64,000 bases of DNA from an uncultured Fibrobacterota bacterium (GCA_964419255.1 CAYQOU010000010.1:10032-74031); one strand, 5' to 3'; positions 7,399 through 18,439 are shown, numbered from the stretch's first letter. Notes: generated by a model from the letters alone, not told the origin. Program-made: numbers and translations.

Positions 7399-9642
7399 AT
7401 GGATCACATTAAATTGCTCTGCGATATTGGAGAACTAAACTGGATCTTTTCGGATTCAAAAGGAACCGGTACATTCCTTCAGAAAATTGTGACCATGGTC
7501 GCGCGACATATGCATGCTCAGGTATGTTCGATCTATCTTTTCGATTCTTCAACCGAGAGGCTGATGTTGAAAGCGACTCACGGACTCAACCCTGCACATA
7601 TTGATAAAATATCTTTACGAATCGGTGAAGGGCTTACTGGAATGGCTCTCAAAGAGCTTCGCCCAATCTGCGAAACAAACAGCAGCATTCATCCTAATTA
7701 TAAATTCTTCGAAGGGTCATTCGAGGAGCATTTCGAGTCTTTCCTTGCCGTTCCGATCCTTCGGGGAATCGAAAAAATTGGTGTACTGGTAGTTCAACGG
7801 AAAAACAACGCGCCTTTCACCGACACCGATATCATTGCCATGCGTGCAGTCTCCAATCAGCTGGCAAACATCATAGAAAACGCGCGTGCACTGCTGTCAC
7901 TCAACGGCCGCATCGGCTCAAAACAAGATGCCCGAAAACCAAAACTCGACTCCTTTATTAAGGCGAAGAGCGCAAGTGCCGGATATGCTTTGGGCAATAT
8001 TGTGGTGGAAGAGAAGAATAAGGCATTTGCATATTTCAAAACTCGGCGGTTTACGACTGATTATTCACTGGACGATTTCGAAAAAGCGATAACCTATACC
8101 ACCCGTCAGTTGGAATCCTTTCAGGAGCATGTTGAAGAACAGCTGTCCGATGTGGCTTCTCTTATTTTTGCAGCACATCTTCTTTTGCTGCAAGACGAGC
8201 AGTTTGTCGGCACGATACGAAGACTTATACATGAAGGAAACAATCCCCCCGAGGCTACGATGCGGGTGGCCTCCCGGTATATCGATTTGCTCTCCTCCAA
8301 TGAAAACCCCTATTTCCGAGAGAAGGCAGATGATATCAAGGATCTGGCTCTGAGAATCATCCATAATCTGACCGCAGCCGAAAAAAAGGAAGGCAACTAT
8401 ACTAATCGCATTGTTATCGCACGGGAGCTGCTTCCCTCCGACATACTAAAAATCAGCATCGAGGGAGCATTAGGGGTTATTCTGGTGGGCGGTGGCGTGA
8501 CAAGCCATCTGAGCATTCTTGCCCGCTCTCTGCACATGCCGCTTATCATCGCCGATGTAGCTCAGCTTCTTGATTTGCCCCAATCAACACTAATCTTAAT
8601 GGATGGTGAGCTGGGAAATATCTTCATCAATCCGGATAAGAATATCATCACCACATTCCAAGAACGTGAAAAGGCACGAGAGCACAGCTGCAGCATACGG
8701 CACAAAGCAAAGGCGCAAACCTATACCCGAGATAACACAAGAATACATATTCTCAGTAACATCAATTTGCTCACCGATTTACAGGCCGCACAGCAATTGG
8801 GGTGTGAAGGCATTGGACTGTATCGTTCCGAATTTCCTTTTATTATTCGAAATAACTTCCCGTCCGAGGAAGAGCAGTATGTGGTTTATCGTAAACTGGT
8901 AAAGGGAATGCCAGGAAAGCCTATGACGTTTCGAACCTTGGATATTGGAGGAGATAAAGTTCTTTCCTACTATGACTGGTTTAAGGAGCAGAATCCCTTT
9001 TTGGGTATGCGATCAATTCGTTTCACGCTCAACAAAAAAGATGTTTTCATCCAGCAACTTCGTGCGATTCTGCGCGCCGGACATGATGCCGATCTGAAAA
9101 TAATGTTTCCCATGATATCCTCTCTGGACGAAATGCAGGCGGCACGTGCTCTTGTCAACCAGTGTTTGGAGCAGTTGAGCAGGGAAAAAGTAAAATATAA
9201 CAAGAAGCCGCATATCGGCATGATGGTGGAAATACCATCGGTCATCGAGCTGATTGATGAATTTGCGCAGCTTGTCGATTTCTTTTCGATAGGGACAAAC
9301 GACCTTATACAGTACCTGCTTGCAGTCGACAGGACAAACGAGAAAGTTTCGTACCTTTATTTGCCGCATCATCCTGCCGTTCTCAGAGCAATGAACCGTA
9401 TAGTTTCGGCAGCACATTCAAACGAAACTCCCGTCAGTGTCTGCGGTGATATGGCACACGATCCCCACTATATTCCCTTTCTATTAGGAATCGGGGTCAC
9501 ATCATTTAGTGTAGACCCAGTGTTTATCCCAGCCGTACAAACGAGTGTTCAGTCCACTTCTCTGAAAGAAGCTCAAAGTGTGGCAGGAAATCTTTTGCGA
9601 GCTTCAGAAATATCCGTAATAGAAAATTTTTTGAATATATAA
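7399..9642 (+). CDS. ptsP: Phosphoenolpyruvate-protein phosphotransferase PtsP (EI-Ntr, N-terminal GAF domain)
   Basis: 747 aa. An N-terminal GAF-like region is followed by PEP-utilising enzyme motifs 'GGGVTSHLSILARSLHMP' (active His), 'GIGLYRSEF', 'FFSIGTNDLIQY' and 'VSVCGDMA'. Confidence 0.9.
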   Translation: MDHIKLLCDIGELNWIFSDSKGTGTFLQKIVTMVARHMHAQVCSIYLFDSSTERLMLKATHGLNPAHIDKISLRIGEGLTGMALKELRPICETNSSIHPNYKFFEGSFEEHFESFLAVPILRGIEKIGVLVVQRKNNAPFTDTDIIAMRAVSNQLANIIENARALLSLNGRIGSKQDARKPKLDSFIKAKSASAGYALGNIVVEEKNKAFAYFKTRRFTTDYSLDDFEKAITYTTRQLESFQEHVEEQLSDVASLIFAAHLLLLQDEQFVGTIRRLIHEGNNPPEATMRVASRYIDLLSSNENPYFREKADDIKDLALRIIHNLTAAEKKEGNYTNRIVIARELLPSDILKISIEGALGVILVGGGVTSHLSILARSLHMPLIIADVAQLLDLPQSTLILMDGELGNIFINPDKNIITTFQEREKAREHSCSIRHKAKAQTYTRDNTRIHILSNINLLTDLQAAQQLGCEGIGLYRSEFPFIIRNNFPSEEEQYVVYRKLVKGMPGKPMTFRTLDIGGDKVLSYYDWFKEQNPFLGMRSIRFTLNKKDVFIQQLRAILRAGHDADLKIMFPMISSLDEMQAARALVNQCLEQLSREKVKYNKKPHIGMMVEIPSVIELIDEFAQLVDFFSIGTNDLIQYLLAVDRTNEKVSYLYLPHHPAVLRAMNRIVSAAHSNETPVSVCGDMAHDPHYIPFLLGIGVTSFSVDPVFIPAVQTSVQSTSLKEAQSVAGNLLRASEISVIENFLNI

Positions 9643-9773
9643 GAACCGCACCGGATGCCCAAGCTGACGGAGAGCCTGAGGATCAGGGATCGAGTATAAC
9701 GGAAAAAAAATCAAGCGTTGTCTCCGGGACAGCCTCTTATCCAGTAAATATCCTGCTACCGGACGCACATGTT

Positions 9774-9806
9774 AAAAAACCCGCATACATGAAGCATGTA
9801 TGCGGG
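9774..9806 (-). terminator. Rho-independent terminator after glnK
   Basis: Perfect 12-bp stem cccgcatacatg/catgtatgcggg (9780-9791 / 9795-9806) with a 3-nt loop. On the minus strand it is followed by TTTTTT (9774-9779). Confidence 0.85.
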
Positions 9807-9836
9807 TCAGGCTATAAGGTGCGAGGAAAGAGAACA

Positions 9837-10178
9837 TTACCCTATAGCGTCATTTCCTTCTTCGCCGGTTCGGATCCGGATACATTGCGGCAAATCGAAA
9901 ACAAAAATCTTTCCATCTCCGATGTTTCCTGTCCGTGCCCCCTTAATAATCGCATCAATTGTCGGCTTTACATATGGTTCATTAACCGCGATTTCCAGGC
10001 GCACCTTCTTCAACAGGTTTACCTCGATAACACTACCACGATAACTTTCGGTGTATCCGGCCTGCTGACCGCATCCGATAACATTGGTGACGGTCATTTT
10101 TCGAATTTCGGCGTTAAACAGAGCCTGCTTTACATCAGGCAACTTATTTGGTTGTATTACTGCAACGATCATTTTCAT
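9837..10178 (-). CDS. glnK: PII nitrogen regulatory protein GlnK
   Basis: 113 aa. T-loop '[13 protein letters not shown]' retains the Tyr. C-terminal '[11 protein letters not shown]...IRIRTGE'. It lies 36 nt downstream of amtB. Confidence 0.9.
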   Translation of the reverse strand: MKMIVAVIQPNKLPDVKQALFNAEIRKMTVTNVIGCGQQAGYTESYRGSVIEVNLLKKVRLEIAVNEPYVKPTIDAIIKGARTGNIGDGKIFVFDLPQCIRIRTGEEGNDAIG

Positions 10179-10214
10179 GTTATTTCGCTCCTTATTAACT
10201 GTTTATAATCCGGC

Positions 10215-11558
10215 TCAGCCTTCAGTATAAAAGATTTGAAATCCGTTGTACGCTTCCATTCCGTGTTCTCCAATATCGAGCCCTCTCAGCTCCTCATCGC
10301 GATCGACCCGAATGCCTATGGTCGCCTTAATAATTGAAAAGAGGATGAAGGCTGCGATAAAGGCCCATGCAAACACGCTCACGATACCAACCAGCTGCAC
10401 CATCACCGGCCCAAAACCTCCGCCGAAAAACAGTCCGTTTACGCCTCCGTATGCTTCCTGGGCAAATAACCCCGCAGAGAGTGTACCCCATGCCCCGCAT
10501 ACGCCATGGACGCTTACCGCACCAACCGGATCATCGATCTTGAGTACCTGATCGATAAACAAAACAGCCAAAACAACCAAAATACCACCGACCAGGCCGA
10601 TAATAACCGCGCTCAGCGGCGACACGTTAGCACACGGAGCAGTTATCGACACAAGACCGGCAAGTGCGCCGTTGAGAGCCATGGAAGCATCTGGCTTTCC
10701 TATAATCACCCAGGCGGTGACCATTGCGGCTAACGCCCCCATTGAGGCGGCAAGGTTTGTGGTCACGGCGATACGTCCGATGCTCATGTCGGCAGTTGTG
10801 GTCGATCCGGGGTTGAAGCCAAACCAACCAAACCAGAGAATAAATACACCAAGTGCTGCAAGCGGAATGTTGTGGCCGGGAATAGCACGAGAGCGGCCAT
10901 CCGGTCCATACTTGCCGACGCGAGCACCCAAAACAATCGCACCAGCCAGCGCACACCAACCACCGACGGAATGCACAACCGTTGATCCGGCAAAATCTAT
11001 GAACCCAAGGTTTTCCAGCCAGCCCTGTCCGTTGAACAGACTACCCCAGGCCCAGTGCCCGGAAATCGGATAGATAATCGCCGATATAACTATGCTGTAT
11101 ATAAGGTAAGCTGAAAATTTTGTCCTCTCAGCCATTGCACCGGAAACGATCGTTGCCGCGGTAGCCGCAAACACCGTCTGGAATATAAAAAACACCAGCG
11201 TCCATTCCCACCCTTCCATTCCCGGAGTTGCATCGGAGAGAAAAAAACCACTTGTTCCGATGAAATGCCCGGCGGTTGTACCAAACATCAGCCCAAAACC
11301 CAGCACCCAGAAACCAAGTGAGCCGATAGAAAAATCCATAAGATTTTTCATCATGATGTTAACTGCGTTTTTTGCACGGGTAAATCCGCTTTCCACCATG
11401 GCAAACCCGGCCTGCATGAAAAACACAAGCAATGCTGCTATCAGAGTCCACAGTACGTTACCATGTTCCTGCGGCATCATCTCAACCTCCTGAGCCACCA
11501 GAGGCATTGTACTTGCCCCGACCAGGAGTGCTGTGGTTATCAGTTTAGTTGTTTTCAT
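10215..11558 (-). CDS. amtB: Ammonium transporter AmtB (copy 2)
   Basis: 447 aa with a signal-like N-terminus. Motifs 'FAGSTVVHSVGGWCALAG' and 'DDPVGAVSVHGVCGAWGT'. AGGAGG RBS. Confidence 0.95.
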   Translation of the reverse strand: MKTTKLITTALLVGASTMPLVAQEVEMMPQEHGNVLWTLIAALLVFFMQAGFAMVESGFTRAKNAVNIMMKNLMDFSIGSLGFWVLGFGLMFGTTAGHFIGTSGFFLSDATPGMEGWEWTLVFFIFQTVFAATAATIVSGAMAERTKFSAYLIYSIVISAIIYPISGHWAWGSLFNGQGWLENLGFIDFAGSTVVHSVGGWCALAGAIVLGARVGKYGPDGRSRAIPGHNIPLAALGVFILWFGWFGFNPGSTTTADMSIGRIAVTTNLAASMGALAAMVTAWVIIGKPDASMALNGALAGLVSITAPCANVSPLSAVIIGLVGGILVVLAVLFIDQVLKIDDPVGAVSVHGVCGAWGTLSAGLFAQEAYGGVNGLFFGGGFGPVMVQLVGIVSVFAWAFIAAFILFSIIKATIGIRVDRDEELRGLDIGEHGMEAYNGFQIFYTEG

Positions 11559-11582
11559 CTTATTCCTCCTGTCAAAAATCCT

Positions 11583-12749
11583 TTAGAACTCTACTATAAT
11601 TTCAGATCCAACCGAGAAACTGACTTCGGTATCTTCGCCATCGATATCTGTATCACTCACCGGAATGGTAGCTCCTCCCCACAACCACCACTGTACGCCA
11701 TCGGCCGGATAGACATACAATGTGGGTACTACCCATATTGACGCATCTTCATATTCCTCTCCAGTGATATCGTCAGCCTCATAAATAGCAGCTTCGTGAT
11801 ATTCCAGCGGTAAACCAGCCGCAATCATTTCAGTAAAAGCATATCCCGGCTCAATGTAGAAGAAAAGCTCATCATCCAGACCAAACAGCGCATCATCAGA
11901 ACCCGGTTCGTTTATTGAATCAGGATCTACCAGCGTGTAAAAAGATGCCGCAAGACTGAATTTGTCAAGAGTCAGCACCGGCTCGACCAGAATAGTCACT
12001 ACATTGGCACGTTCATCACCATTAGGAAGGTTCTGATAACCCACATCAGCTTTCAGCGACAGCGCATCACCAAACAAACCGTTATACTCTAAACCTGTTA
12101 ACACAGCTCCGGCCTCAGAAAAACCTTCCTGGACATCGAAACGCACCCCGTAGTATGCTTCAACGCTCTGTCCGTCGGCCAGAGTAAGACCGCTTGCCCC
12201 AAATAAATCCAGCTCATTAACGTCTGTCTCAACGGTGTCGATAATGACCCCTCCCACATCTACCGGTATTAGCTCTTCGGGTGAATCCGTGACGCCAACC
12301 AGAAGCATCTGGGTAAACATTTCAGTTCCCAGTGAGTATTGAATACCGCGTGTAAATGATTCGGGAGTAATCATGCTGAGTCTTTTATAGTAGTAGTAGT
12401 TAAACCCTCCATATTGATAGACAAGATCTCCCACCGAAAACGTACCGATCTTGGTGTCGAACGTAATATCGAATCCGTCAAACAACACAGATACCCATCT
12501 GTCTCCCCGAACCGGATCTGTTCCTGCAGGAACCCGCCCCAAAAGCATGGTTACATACAGGTTTGCAGATACGTTTTCGGCAAAAGCCAGGCTCATACCC
12601 ACGTCCAGTTCCTGATTGGCGTAAAAGTTTCCGTCAAAGTCCGCAACCACATCCGCGTCCAAAAATCCGCTGAATGTAACCTCCGGCTGCGCATGCACGA
12701 GTAAAGACATAGCCGCTACCAGAGTAAATGTGTAAGATTTAAACCGCAT
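11583..12749 (-). CDS. Putative outer-membrane beta-barrel porin, first gene of the porin-amtB-glnK operon
   Basis: 388 aa. Signal peptide 'MRFKSYTFTLVAAMSLLVHAQ', acidic with alternating-hydrophobic strands, and C-terminal '...IIVEF' (terminal Phe typical of OMPs). A 24-nt gap separates it from amtB. I do not recognise a family. Confidence 0.5.
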   Translation of the reverse strand: MRFKSYTFTLVAAMSLLVHAQPEVTFSGFLDADVVADFDGNFYANQELDVGMSLAFAENVSANLYVTMLLGRVPAGTDPVRGDRWVSVLFDGFDITFDTKIGTFSVGDLVYQYGGFNYYYYKRLSMITPESFTRGIQYSLGTEMFTQMLLVGVTDSPEELIPVDVGGVIIDTVETDVNELDLFGASGLTLADGQSVEAYYGVRFDVQEGFSEAGAVLTGLEYNGLFGDALSLKADVGYQNLPNGDERANVVTILVEPVLTLDKFSLAASFYTLVDPDSINEPGSDDALFGLDDELFFYIEPGYAFTEMIAAGLPLEYHEAAIYEADDITGEEYEDASIWVVPTLYVYPADGVQWWLWGGATIPVSDTDIDGEDTEVSFSVGSEIIVEF

Positions 12750-12821
12750 ACCGCCTCCTTGTAAAGTTTATTTGTGTAAAGGTTTTTTGTATCTGTCAAA
12801 CCGTTTTCATCATGGTCATAC

Positions 12822-12836
12822 GCAACGAATATGCCA
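12822..12836 (-). promoter_or_regulatory. Sigma-54 (-24/-12) promoter of the porin-amtB-glnK operon
   Basis: The minus strand reads TGGCAT-ATTCG-TTGC. It lies 73 nt upstream of the porin ATG (12749). Confidence 0.7.
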
Positions 12837-12911
12837 GTGCCCCAAAATCGCCCTCTACGAAGCAGGGGAGGCATTTTTGCCTGAAAAGTAGCCTTTTTTG
12901 TATCATGCCTC

Positions 12912-12927
12912 GGAACAATTTTGTTCC
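12912..12927. promoter_or_regulatory. Palindromic candidate activator site (UAS) GGAACAATTTTGTTCC
   Basis: 7-bp perfect inverted repeat GGAACAA/TTGTTCC with a 2-nt centre, 76 bp upstream of the -24 element at 12836. Near-identical sequence occurs at 6012-6027, and the core occurs at 52699-52708. Confidence 0.5.
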
Positions 12928-13290
12928 TTCAGGAGACGACGTTACACATTTTTGTGTTTGTCGACAGAGGCCGACAAAAGGGACTTACGCAAGTCCGGAA
13001 AACCTGGGATAGCAAAAAAACGGTAGAGCAGAAAAAAAAGAAAACAGTTGGAGCACTCTGATAGATAGTTGATTTAGATAGTTGATTTAGCTCAACAGCC
13101 CCTCACCACCCTTACCAGTCACCCGTGAGACTGAATACCAATCCAAGAAAGCGGTCAAATCCATTCTCGCAAAGAACTATTCGCGACAACAGTAACATGT
13201 GTGAGGGATATATATTTATAGAGTTATGACTGAGGCAGCTGTATTTTTTATTACATGTATACACCAATACACGCAAAAACTCACAAAATC

Positions 13291-15828
13291 ATGATTTTAA
13301 ATCGATTCATTCCTCTTATTCTCTTGCTCGGAGTGTTGACTGTTTCCGCACAGGATACAATAAAAACACCACCAGATACAATTTTGAATCAGCGGCAAAC
13401 CGACACGCTTTCCACCCTGGATGATGATACCTCCCTGACAGGTGAAACGGTTGAAAGAGTCGACACTGTTGCCTATGATGCCGATAAGATTCAGTACGAC
13501 TTACAGGAAGATCTTCTTCTGCTCACCGGCAATTGTGTGGTATCCTACCAGAACATGCGCCTTTATGCCGATACGATACACTACCTCATGGACGAAAATC
13601 TTCTTCTCGCCTCCGGGGTTCCACAGCTGATCGAGGGAACCGACACGATCGTCGGCGAGACTATGGTATACAATCTGGTAACCCGCCGCGGTAAGGTCCA
13701 GTATGCGACCGCTCGAAGTGGCCGTGGAGCATACACCGGAGTACAGATCGCCAAAGGAGACAGCAGCACGTTCTATATCGATCAGGGCGATTATACCACC
13801 TGCGCCCTTATCGATACGCCGCATTATTTCTTTTACAGCCGTAATATTAAAGTTACCCCCGGTGATAAGGCAATCAGCCGTCCAATCATACTCAACATCG
13901 GCGATGCTCCTGTAGCAGCACTTCCCTATTATATACTTCCCCTTGAACGTGGACGTCAGAGCGGATTTCTTCGCCCCAGATGGGGAGGAAATGTTAATCG
14001 TGGCGGCTATCTGGATAACGTAGGATATTACTGGGCAATAAATGACTACATGGATTTCTCGATCTGGGGAAAGGTTCAGGAATTTGAAGATTTTATCTTG
14101 CAGGCTCGCGGGCAATATAACCTGAAATACTGGCTAAGTGGCCATATCTCCGGGCGCTATGCTCAAACCAGTGGCCTGGACCTTGAGAACACTCAATGGT
14201 CATTGAACTATCGACACGACCAGAACCTGGTACCCGATGCCTCGCTGCGCCTTTCGGGAAGTGGCAATCTTGTTTCCGATGAGCGGTTTTATACCCGATT
14301 TTCCGAAGATTCATCCGAGATATTAAATCAGAAGATCAATGCAAACCTTTCTTTAGCCAAGCGCTTCAGCGGAATAAATGCAAGCGGGAACATTAGCTGG
14401 AATCGCGATCATAATCTGAGTACCCAGATCATCGAAGAGGAGCTTCCCCTTGTAAGCTTCAGCCTTCCCAATCGACCGCTGATTCCCCAGTCCCCTTCTG
14501 CACTACCGGATCAGGAACCTGCATGGTACAATAAGATCTACTATTCGTATAACGCACGGGGAGTACAAAAACGTCGACTGTATCAGGGTGATTCGTTGGA
14601 CATAAACGACGTAGCTCATCAGGGGATAACTCAATCGATCAGTCTGAGTTCCCCTCAGACCATTTTCCGCTGGTTTACCGTAAGCCCCTCCTTTTCCGCA
14701 GAATTAACCGGTTTTGATGCTTACATTGATACCGCTGCAACTCCCCGCATACGAACGCGATTTCCGACTACTGCCATCCCTGAATCGGAAGTTTCGGATA
14801 CGGCAATACCTCCGGACAGTTCGTATTTTCTGGATCGCGGAGATTCGCTGGAGTTGTTCTATGTATACCGGGATACGGTGATTGATACATTGCTACTGGA
14901 CACGATTTCCGATCCCAGCTGGGTTCCGCCATCCTATCGAGCCGGTATAAGTCTGTCAACACGCCTGTACGGGATCTTTCCTGTTAAGATCTTCAATTTC
15001 GCCGGCATGCGCCATACACTTTCGCCGACAATCAGATACAACTTCATTCCTGAACGAAAGCTCGATCGCCTCTATCCGACGTTTTTAAGCTGGGCCCGCT
15101 CGCGGAACCGGGAACAGAGCATTTCTTTCTCCATCGATAACATATTTGAAGGAAAGTTCCTTCGTCCCGAAGAGGAAGGAAAAGAAAAAAAGGAACAGGT
15201 AGTCAATTTGCTTTCCGGTGGCATCGGCGCATCGTATAATTTCGAGGCCGATGATGGTGAGCGGGCCTGGAGCGACATTTCTGTTTCAGCTCGCACCTCG
15301 TATAACATATTCAATGTCAGCTTTGGTGCCAGTCTGCGTCCGTATGATCAAAGCAATAATCTGGTATACAGACCCAATCTGATGAGCTACAATATCACCA
15401 TCAGACCTAACAATCTTTCAGCAAGCGGTAAGCTGTGGGGGGGTGATTTTTTTGTGCTGGAAGGATTGCATCCTGAAGACAACCCCTTGTATGCCGATGC
15501 TGGAGAGCAGAGGTGGAATGTCAGTTTTAATCCTCAATTCAGGTACTCAAAATCTCGTATATCGCTGGATGATGATTTCGTTACTGACCGAAGTTACTCT
15601 CTCAATGCATCCGCGGGGATAGATTTCACACGCAAATGGTCAGCCTCATGGAATGGCTATTATAATTTCGAAACAAATCGTCTGGAGGGCCACTCTCTTA
15701 ATTTCGATTGCGATCTCGAATGCTGGCAACTTGATTTCAACTGGCGCCCTTCCGGATATAACCCCGGTTTTGCTTTTACCATCTCACTAAAGGAGCATCC
15801 CGATATCAAATGGGAACGAAGAGACTGA
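13291..15828 (+). CDS. lptD: LPS-assembly protein LptD / OstA family outer-membrane protein
   Basis: Signal peptide 'MILNRFIPLILLLGVLTVSAQD'. N-terminal OstA-like region 'AYDADKIQYDLQEDLLLLTGNCVVSYQNMRLYADTIHY...' is followed by a long beta-rich C-terminal part. The ORF also opens at 13255. Confidence 0.7.
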   Translation: MILNRFIPLILLLGVLTVSAQDTIKTPPDTILNQRQTDTLSTLDDDTSLTGETVERVDTVAYDADKIQYDLQEDLLLLTGNCVVSYQNMRLYADTIHYLMDENLLLASGVPQLIEGTDTIVGETMVYNLVTRRGKVQYATARSGRGAYTGVQIAKGDSSTFYIDQGDYTTCALIDTPHYFFYSRNIKVTPGDKAISRPIILNIGDAPVAALPYYILPLERGRQSGFLRPRWGGNVNRGGYLDNVGYYWAINDYMDFSIWGKVQEFEDFILQARGQYNLKYWLSGHISGRYAQTSGLDLENTQWSLNYRHDQNLVPDASLRLSGSGNLVSDERFYTRFSEDSSEILNQKINANLSLAKRFSGINASGNISWNRDHNLSTQIIEEELPLVSFSLPNRPLIPQSPSALPDQEPAWYNKIYYSYNARGVQKRRLYQGDSLDINDVAHQGITQSISLSSPQTIFRWFTVSPSFSAELTGFDAYIDTAATPRIRTRFPTTAIPESEVSDTAIPPDSSYFLDRGDSLELFYVYRDTVIDTLLLDTISDPSWVPPSYRAGISLSTRLYGIFPVKIFNFAGMRHTLSPTIRYNFIPERKLDRLYPTFLSWARSRNREQSISFSIDNIFEGKFLRPEEEGKEKKEQVVNLLSGGIGASYNFEADDGERAWSDISVSARTSYNIFNVSFGASLRPYDQSNNLVYRPNLMSYNITIRPNNLSASGKLWGGDFFVLEGLHPEDNPLYADAGEQRWNVSFNPQFRYSKSRISLDDDFVTDRSYSLNASAGIDFTRKWSASWNGYYNFETNRLEGHSLNFDCDLECWQLDFNWRPSGYNPGFAFTISLKEHPDIKWERRD

Positions 15829-15895
15829 GGGCAAAGAGATGTATCATACCCAAGATGTAATAGCCGTTTAGCCAACTGCGTAATTTTGCCCGCAC

Positions 15896-16882
15896 TTATA
15901 TCCGAAGATTCTGACACATTTTATCATCGGCGGGCGTGACTTCGACAACACTGTTGATATCACTGTGTCGTATTTGTACCCGTGCCACTTTACTGTTTCG
16001 GGCTTTTGAGTATCTTGCCACCACTGCGGCCGCTATTTGGATATCCTGCTCGGCAGCATCTCCATTAGCTATTCCCAACGGTCCTTCAATATCCGCCATC
16101 TGAAAACGGAAATCACTTGTGCGAACAAGCTTATCCATTATCTCGTTTTCCCGGTGATCTCTGCCCACCACTACCCGCGTCCTGGGAGATATTCTGAAAT
16201 GCCTCCCGTATGCCAGAAGAGAAAACTCCACGATATCGAAGTCGGCTTTATTTTCCCTGAGATCTTCAAACCGTCTACCGGTGGTTTGTTCCGTCAGAAG
16301 ACATCCTCCCGCGGGAGTCGCATGGATAAGTCCATATTTGCGGGCATATGCAAACTGTTCTTTCCTTCCTCTGCCGGAAATGGCCAGAAGTTTCTCCCGA
16401 TCAACGATACCATCCCTCTCTGCGGTTGTTGGAGGAAGAAGCCTGGCACTCAGGGGACGCAGAAGCAGCCCTTTCAATCCGGAGCGCCTTTCCACGCTAA
16501 ACATGCTGTCGCGGCGCTGAGACATGGGTCTCTGACCGACAACTTCCCCGGTTGCAATGAAAGAAGCTCCGCTCTCGTCCATGATCTTTTTTGCTTTTTG
16601 TAAACGATGGATTCTGCAGTCTACGCATGGATTTGCGTATCTACCATAGCCAAATTGCGGATTCTTCACCATACAGAGAATTTCAGCCCCCTCCTCCTCT
16701 ATACGCAACGGGACATTCAATGCCTCGGCAAAATGCCTTACGGCTTCGTGCTCTTTACCGATTCCGGATTCAAACGGCAAAACGAAATGAAGAGCCGTAA
16801 CATCGAGCCCCTGAGACTGCAATATGTGTGTCGCGATGACGCTGTCCAGACCACCGGAGAACATTACCAGACATGAAGACAT
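15896..16882 (-). CDS. PP-loop ATP pyrophosphatase (ThiI/MnmA-like tRNA thiolation family)
   Basis: 328 aa. PP-loop 'VMFSGGLDSV' and 'CVDCRIH...ATGEVVGQRPMSQ'. Its start overlaps the asnS stop (TAATG). Confidence 0.5.
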   Translation of the reverse strand: MSSCLVMFSGGLDSVIATHILQSQGLDVTALHFVLPFESGIGKEHEAVRHFAEALNVPLRIEEEGAEILCMVKNPQFGYGRYANPCVDCRIHRLQKAKKIMDESGASFIATGEVVGQRPMSQRRDSMFSVERRSGLKGLLLRPLSARLLPPTTAERDGIVDREKLLAISGRGRKEQFAYARKYGLIHATPAGGCLLTEQTTGRRFEDLRENKADFDIVEFSLLAYGRHFRISPRTRVVVGRDHRENEIMDKLVRTSDFRFQMADIEGPLGIANGDAAEQDIQIAAAVVARYSKARNSKVARVQIRHSDINSVVEVTPADDKMCQNLRI

Positions 16883-18276
16883 TAAAATTCCGCCTTTTTG
16901 GGATAGCGGGGAAACGGTATGACATCCCGAATATTCTGCATACCGGTGACAAAAAGCAGCAGTCGTTCGAATCCAAGTCCGAAGCCTGCGTGCGGGGCTC
17001 CCCCATATTTACGTAATTCCAGATACCACCAGTAATCCTGCTGGTCCATGTTGTTTTCTTTTATTCGCGAGACAAGCTTGCGGTGATCATCCTCGCGTTC
17101 CGAGCCGCCAATCAGCTCACCGATCCTGGGCACAAGCACATCCATGGCACGAACGGTTTTGCCATCATCATTGGATTTCATGTAAAAAGCTTTTATTTCT
17201 TTGGGATAATCATACACAATCACCGGTTTCTTGAAGACCGTTTCAGTAAGAAATCGTTCATGCTCTGTTTGTAAATCGGCCCCCCAGTGTATTGGATACT
17301 CAAACATGTCCCGCTTCTTTTCTAAAATGTCAATCGCCTGCGTATATGTCACTCTCTCAAACGTATCAGATGCCACCTGCTGCAGAGTGCTGATCACCGT
17401 TTTATCCACCCGGGAATTGAACAATTCCAAATCTTGCCCGCACCGCTCAAGTGTCCAGGAGGCAAGATACTTGACGAATTTCTCCGCCAATTCCATATCC
17501 TGGAAAAGATCACAGAATGCCATCTCCGGCTCTATCATCCAGAACTCAGCCAGATGCCTGCTGGTGTTGGAGTTTTCCGCACGAAATGTTGGTCCAAACG
17601 TATACACCCGTCCAAGTGCCATCGCGAAGATCTCAGCCTCCAGCTGCCCGCTGACAGTCAGATATGCGGGCCGGCCGAAGAAATCTTCAGAATAGTCGAC
17701 CTTCCCCTCTTTTGTTCTGGGCGGCTGATCATGATCAAGAGTGGTCACCCGAAACATCTCCCCCGCTCCTTCACAGTCGCTTGCGGTAATAATCGGCGTG
17801 TGTATATAGTGAAAACCATGCTGCTGAAAAAATGAGTGCACCGCAAAGCTCAACGAACTTCTGATACGGCTGACCGCTCCCAAAGCATTAGTGCGCGGTC
17901 TCAGGTGTGCGATATCCCGAAGAAATTCAAAACTGTGTCGTTTTTTCTGAAGCGGATAGTCCTGAGGTGCTATGGTATACACCTTTAGAGATTTGACATG
18001 AAGCTCGACGGCCTGCCCTTTTCCCTGGCTTTCTGTAAGTATACCACTCACTCTGATACTGCTTCCCGTGGTCAGAGGCTGTACGGAGGTGCTGTACTCG
18101 GGTAAAGAGCTGTCGACAATCAGCTGCAGATTGGCCAGACTGGAGCCGTCGTTGATTTCAAGAAAAGAAAACCCTTTGGCATCCCGTTTGGTCCGAACCC
18201 ATCCATGTACCACCACCTCCTGCTCCGAGGGGGATTCGCTCAGCAACTCGAGAACTGTCTTTGAAGATGTCACCAT
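16882..18276 (-). CDS. asnS: Asparaginyl-tRNA synthetase
   Basis: Class II motifs and the AsnRS C-terminus 'GGSEREDD...[22 protein letters not shown]...IPFPR'. Start chosen at Met16 (AAGGAA RBS). The ORF extends to 18321. Confidence 0.9.
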   Translation of the reverse strand: MVTSSKTVLELLSESPSEQEVVVHGWVRTKRDAKGFSFLEINDGSSLANLQLIVDSSLPEYSTSVQPLTTGSSIRVSGILTESQGKGQAVELHVKSLKVYTIAPQDYPLQKKRHSFEFLRDIAHLRPRTNALGAVSRIRSSLSFAVHSFFQQHGFHYIHTPIITASDCEGAGEMFRVTTLDHDQPPRTKEGKVDYSEDFFGRPAYLTVSGQLEAEIFAMALGRVYTFGPTFRAENSNTSRHLAEFWMIEPEMAFCDLFQDMELAEKFVKYLASWTLERCGQDLELFNSRVDKTVISTLQQVASDTFERVTYTQAIDILEKKRDMFEYPIHWGADLQTEHERFLTETVFKKPVIVYDYPKEIKAFYMKSNDDGKTVRAMDVLVPRIGELIGGSEREDDHRKLVSRIKENNMDQQDYWWYLELRKYGGAPHAGFGLGFERLLLFVTGMQNIRDVIPFPRYPKKAEF

Positions 18277-18439
18277 GTGAATTGTTCCTTTATGTACCAT
18301 AGTCCGGCAAAACCGGAGCAAAAAAAAAGGACTAATAATTTATTATACGGGCTTTCCTCTTCTTCCCATATCTCTTGTCCAGCCCGCTAAACGAAAGGTG
18401 ACAGAGATACGGAGAATAAGTGTCAGACAAAACATCCAA

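Noticed and set aside
9789-10208. 139-aa plus-strand ORF opposite glnK
   Set aside because: It is antisense to an intact PII gene and begins inside the glnK terminator hairpin.
13065-13090. Tandem duplication of the 13-mer ATAGTTGATTTAG in the porin/lptD divergent region
   Set aside because: There are only two units with no further structure or recurrence in the window. It is likely a slippage duplication and is not interpretable.
13501-14115. 204-aa minus-strand ORF inside lptD
   Set aside because: It is antisense to the OstA/LptD-like reading frame and has no motif support.
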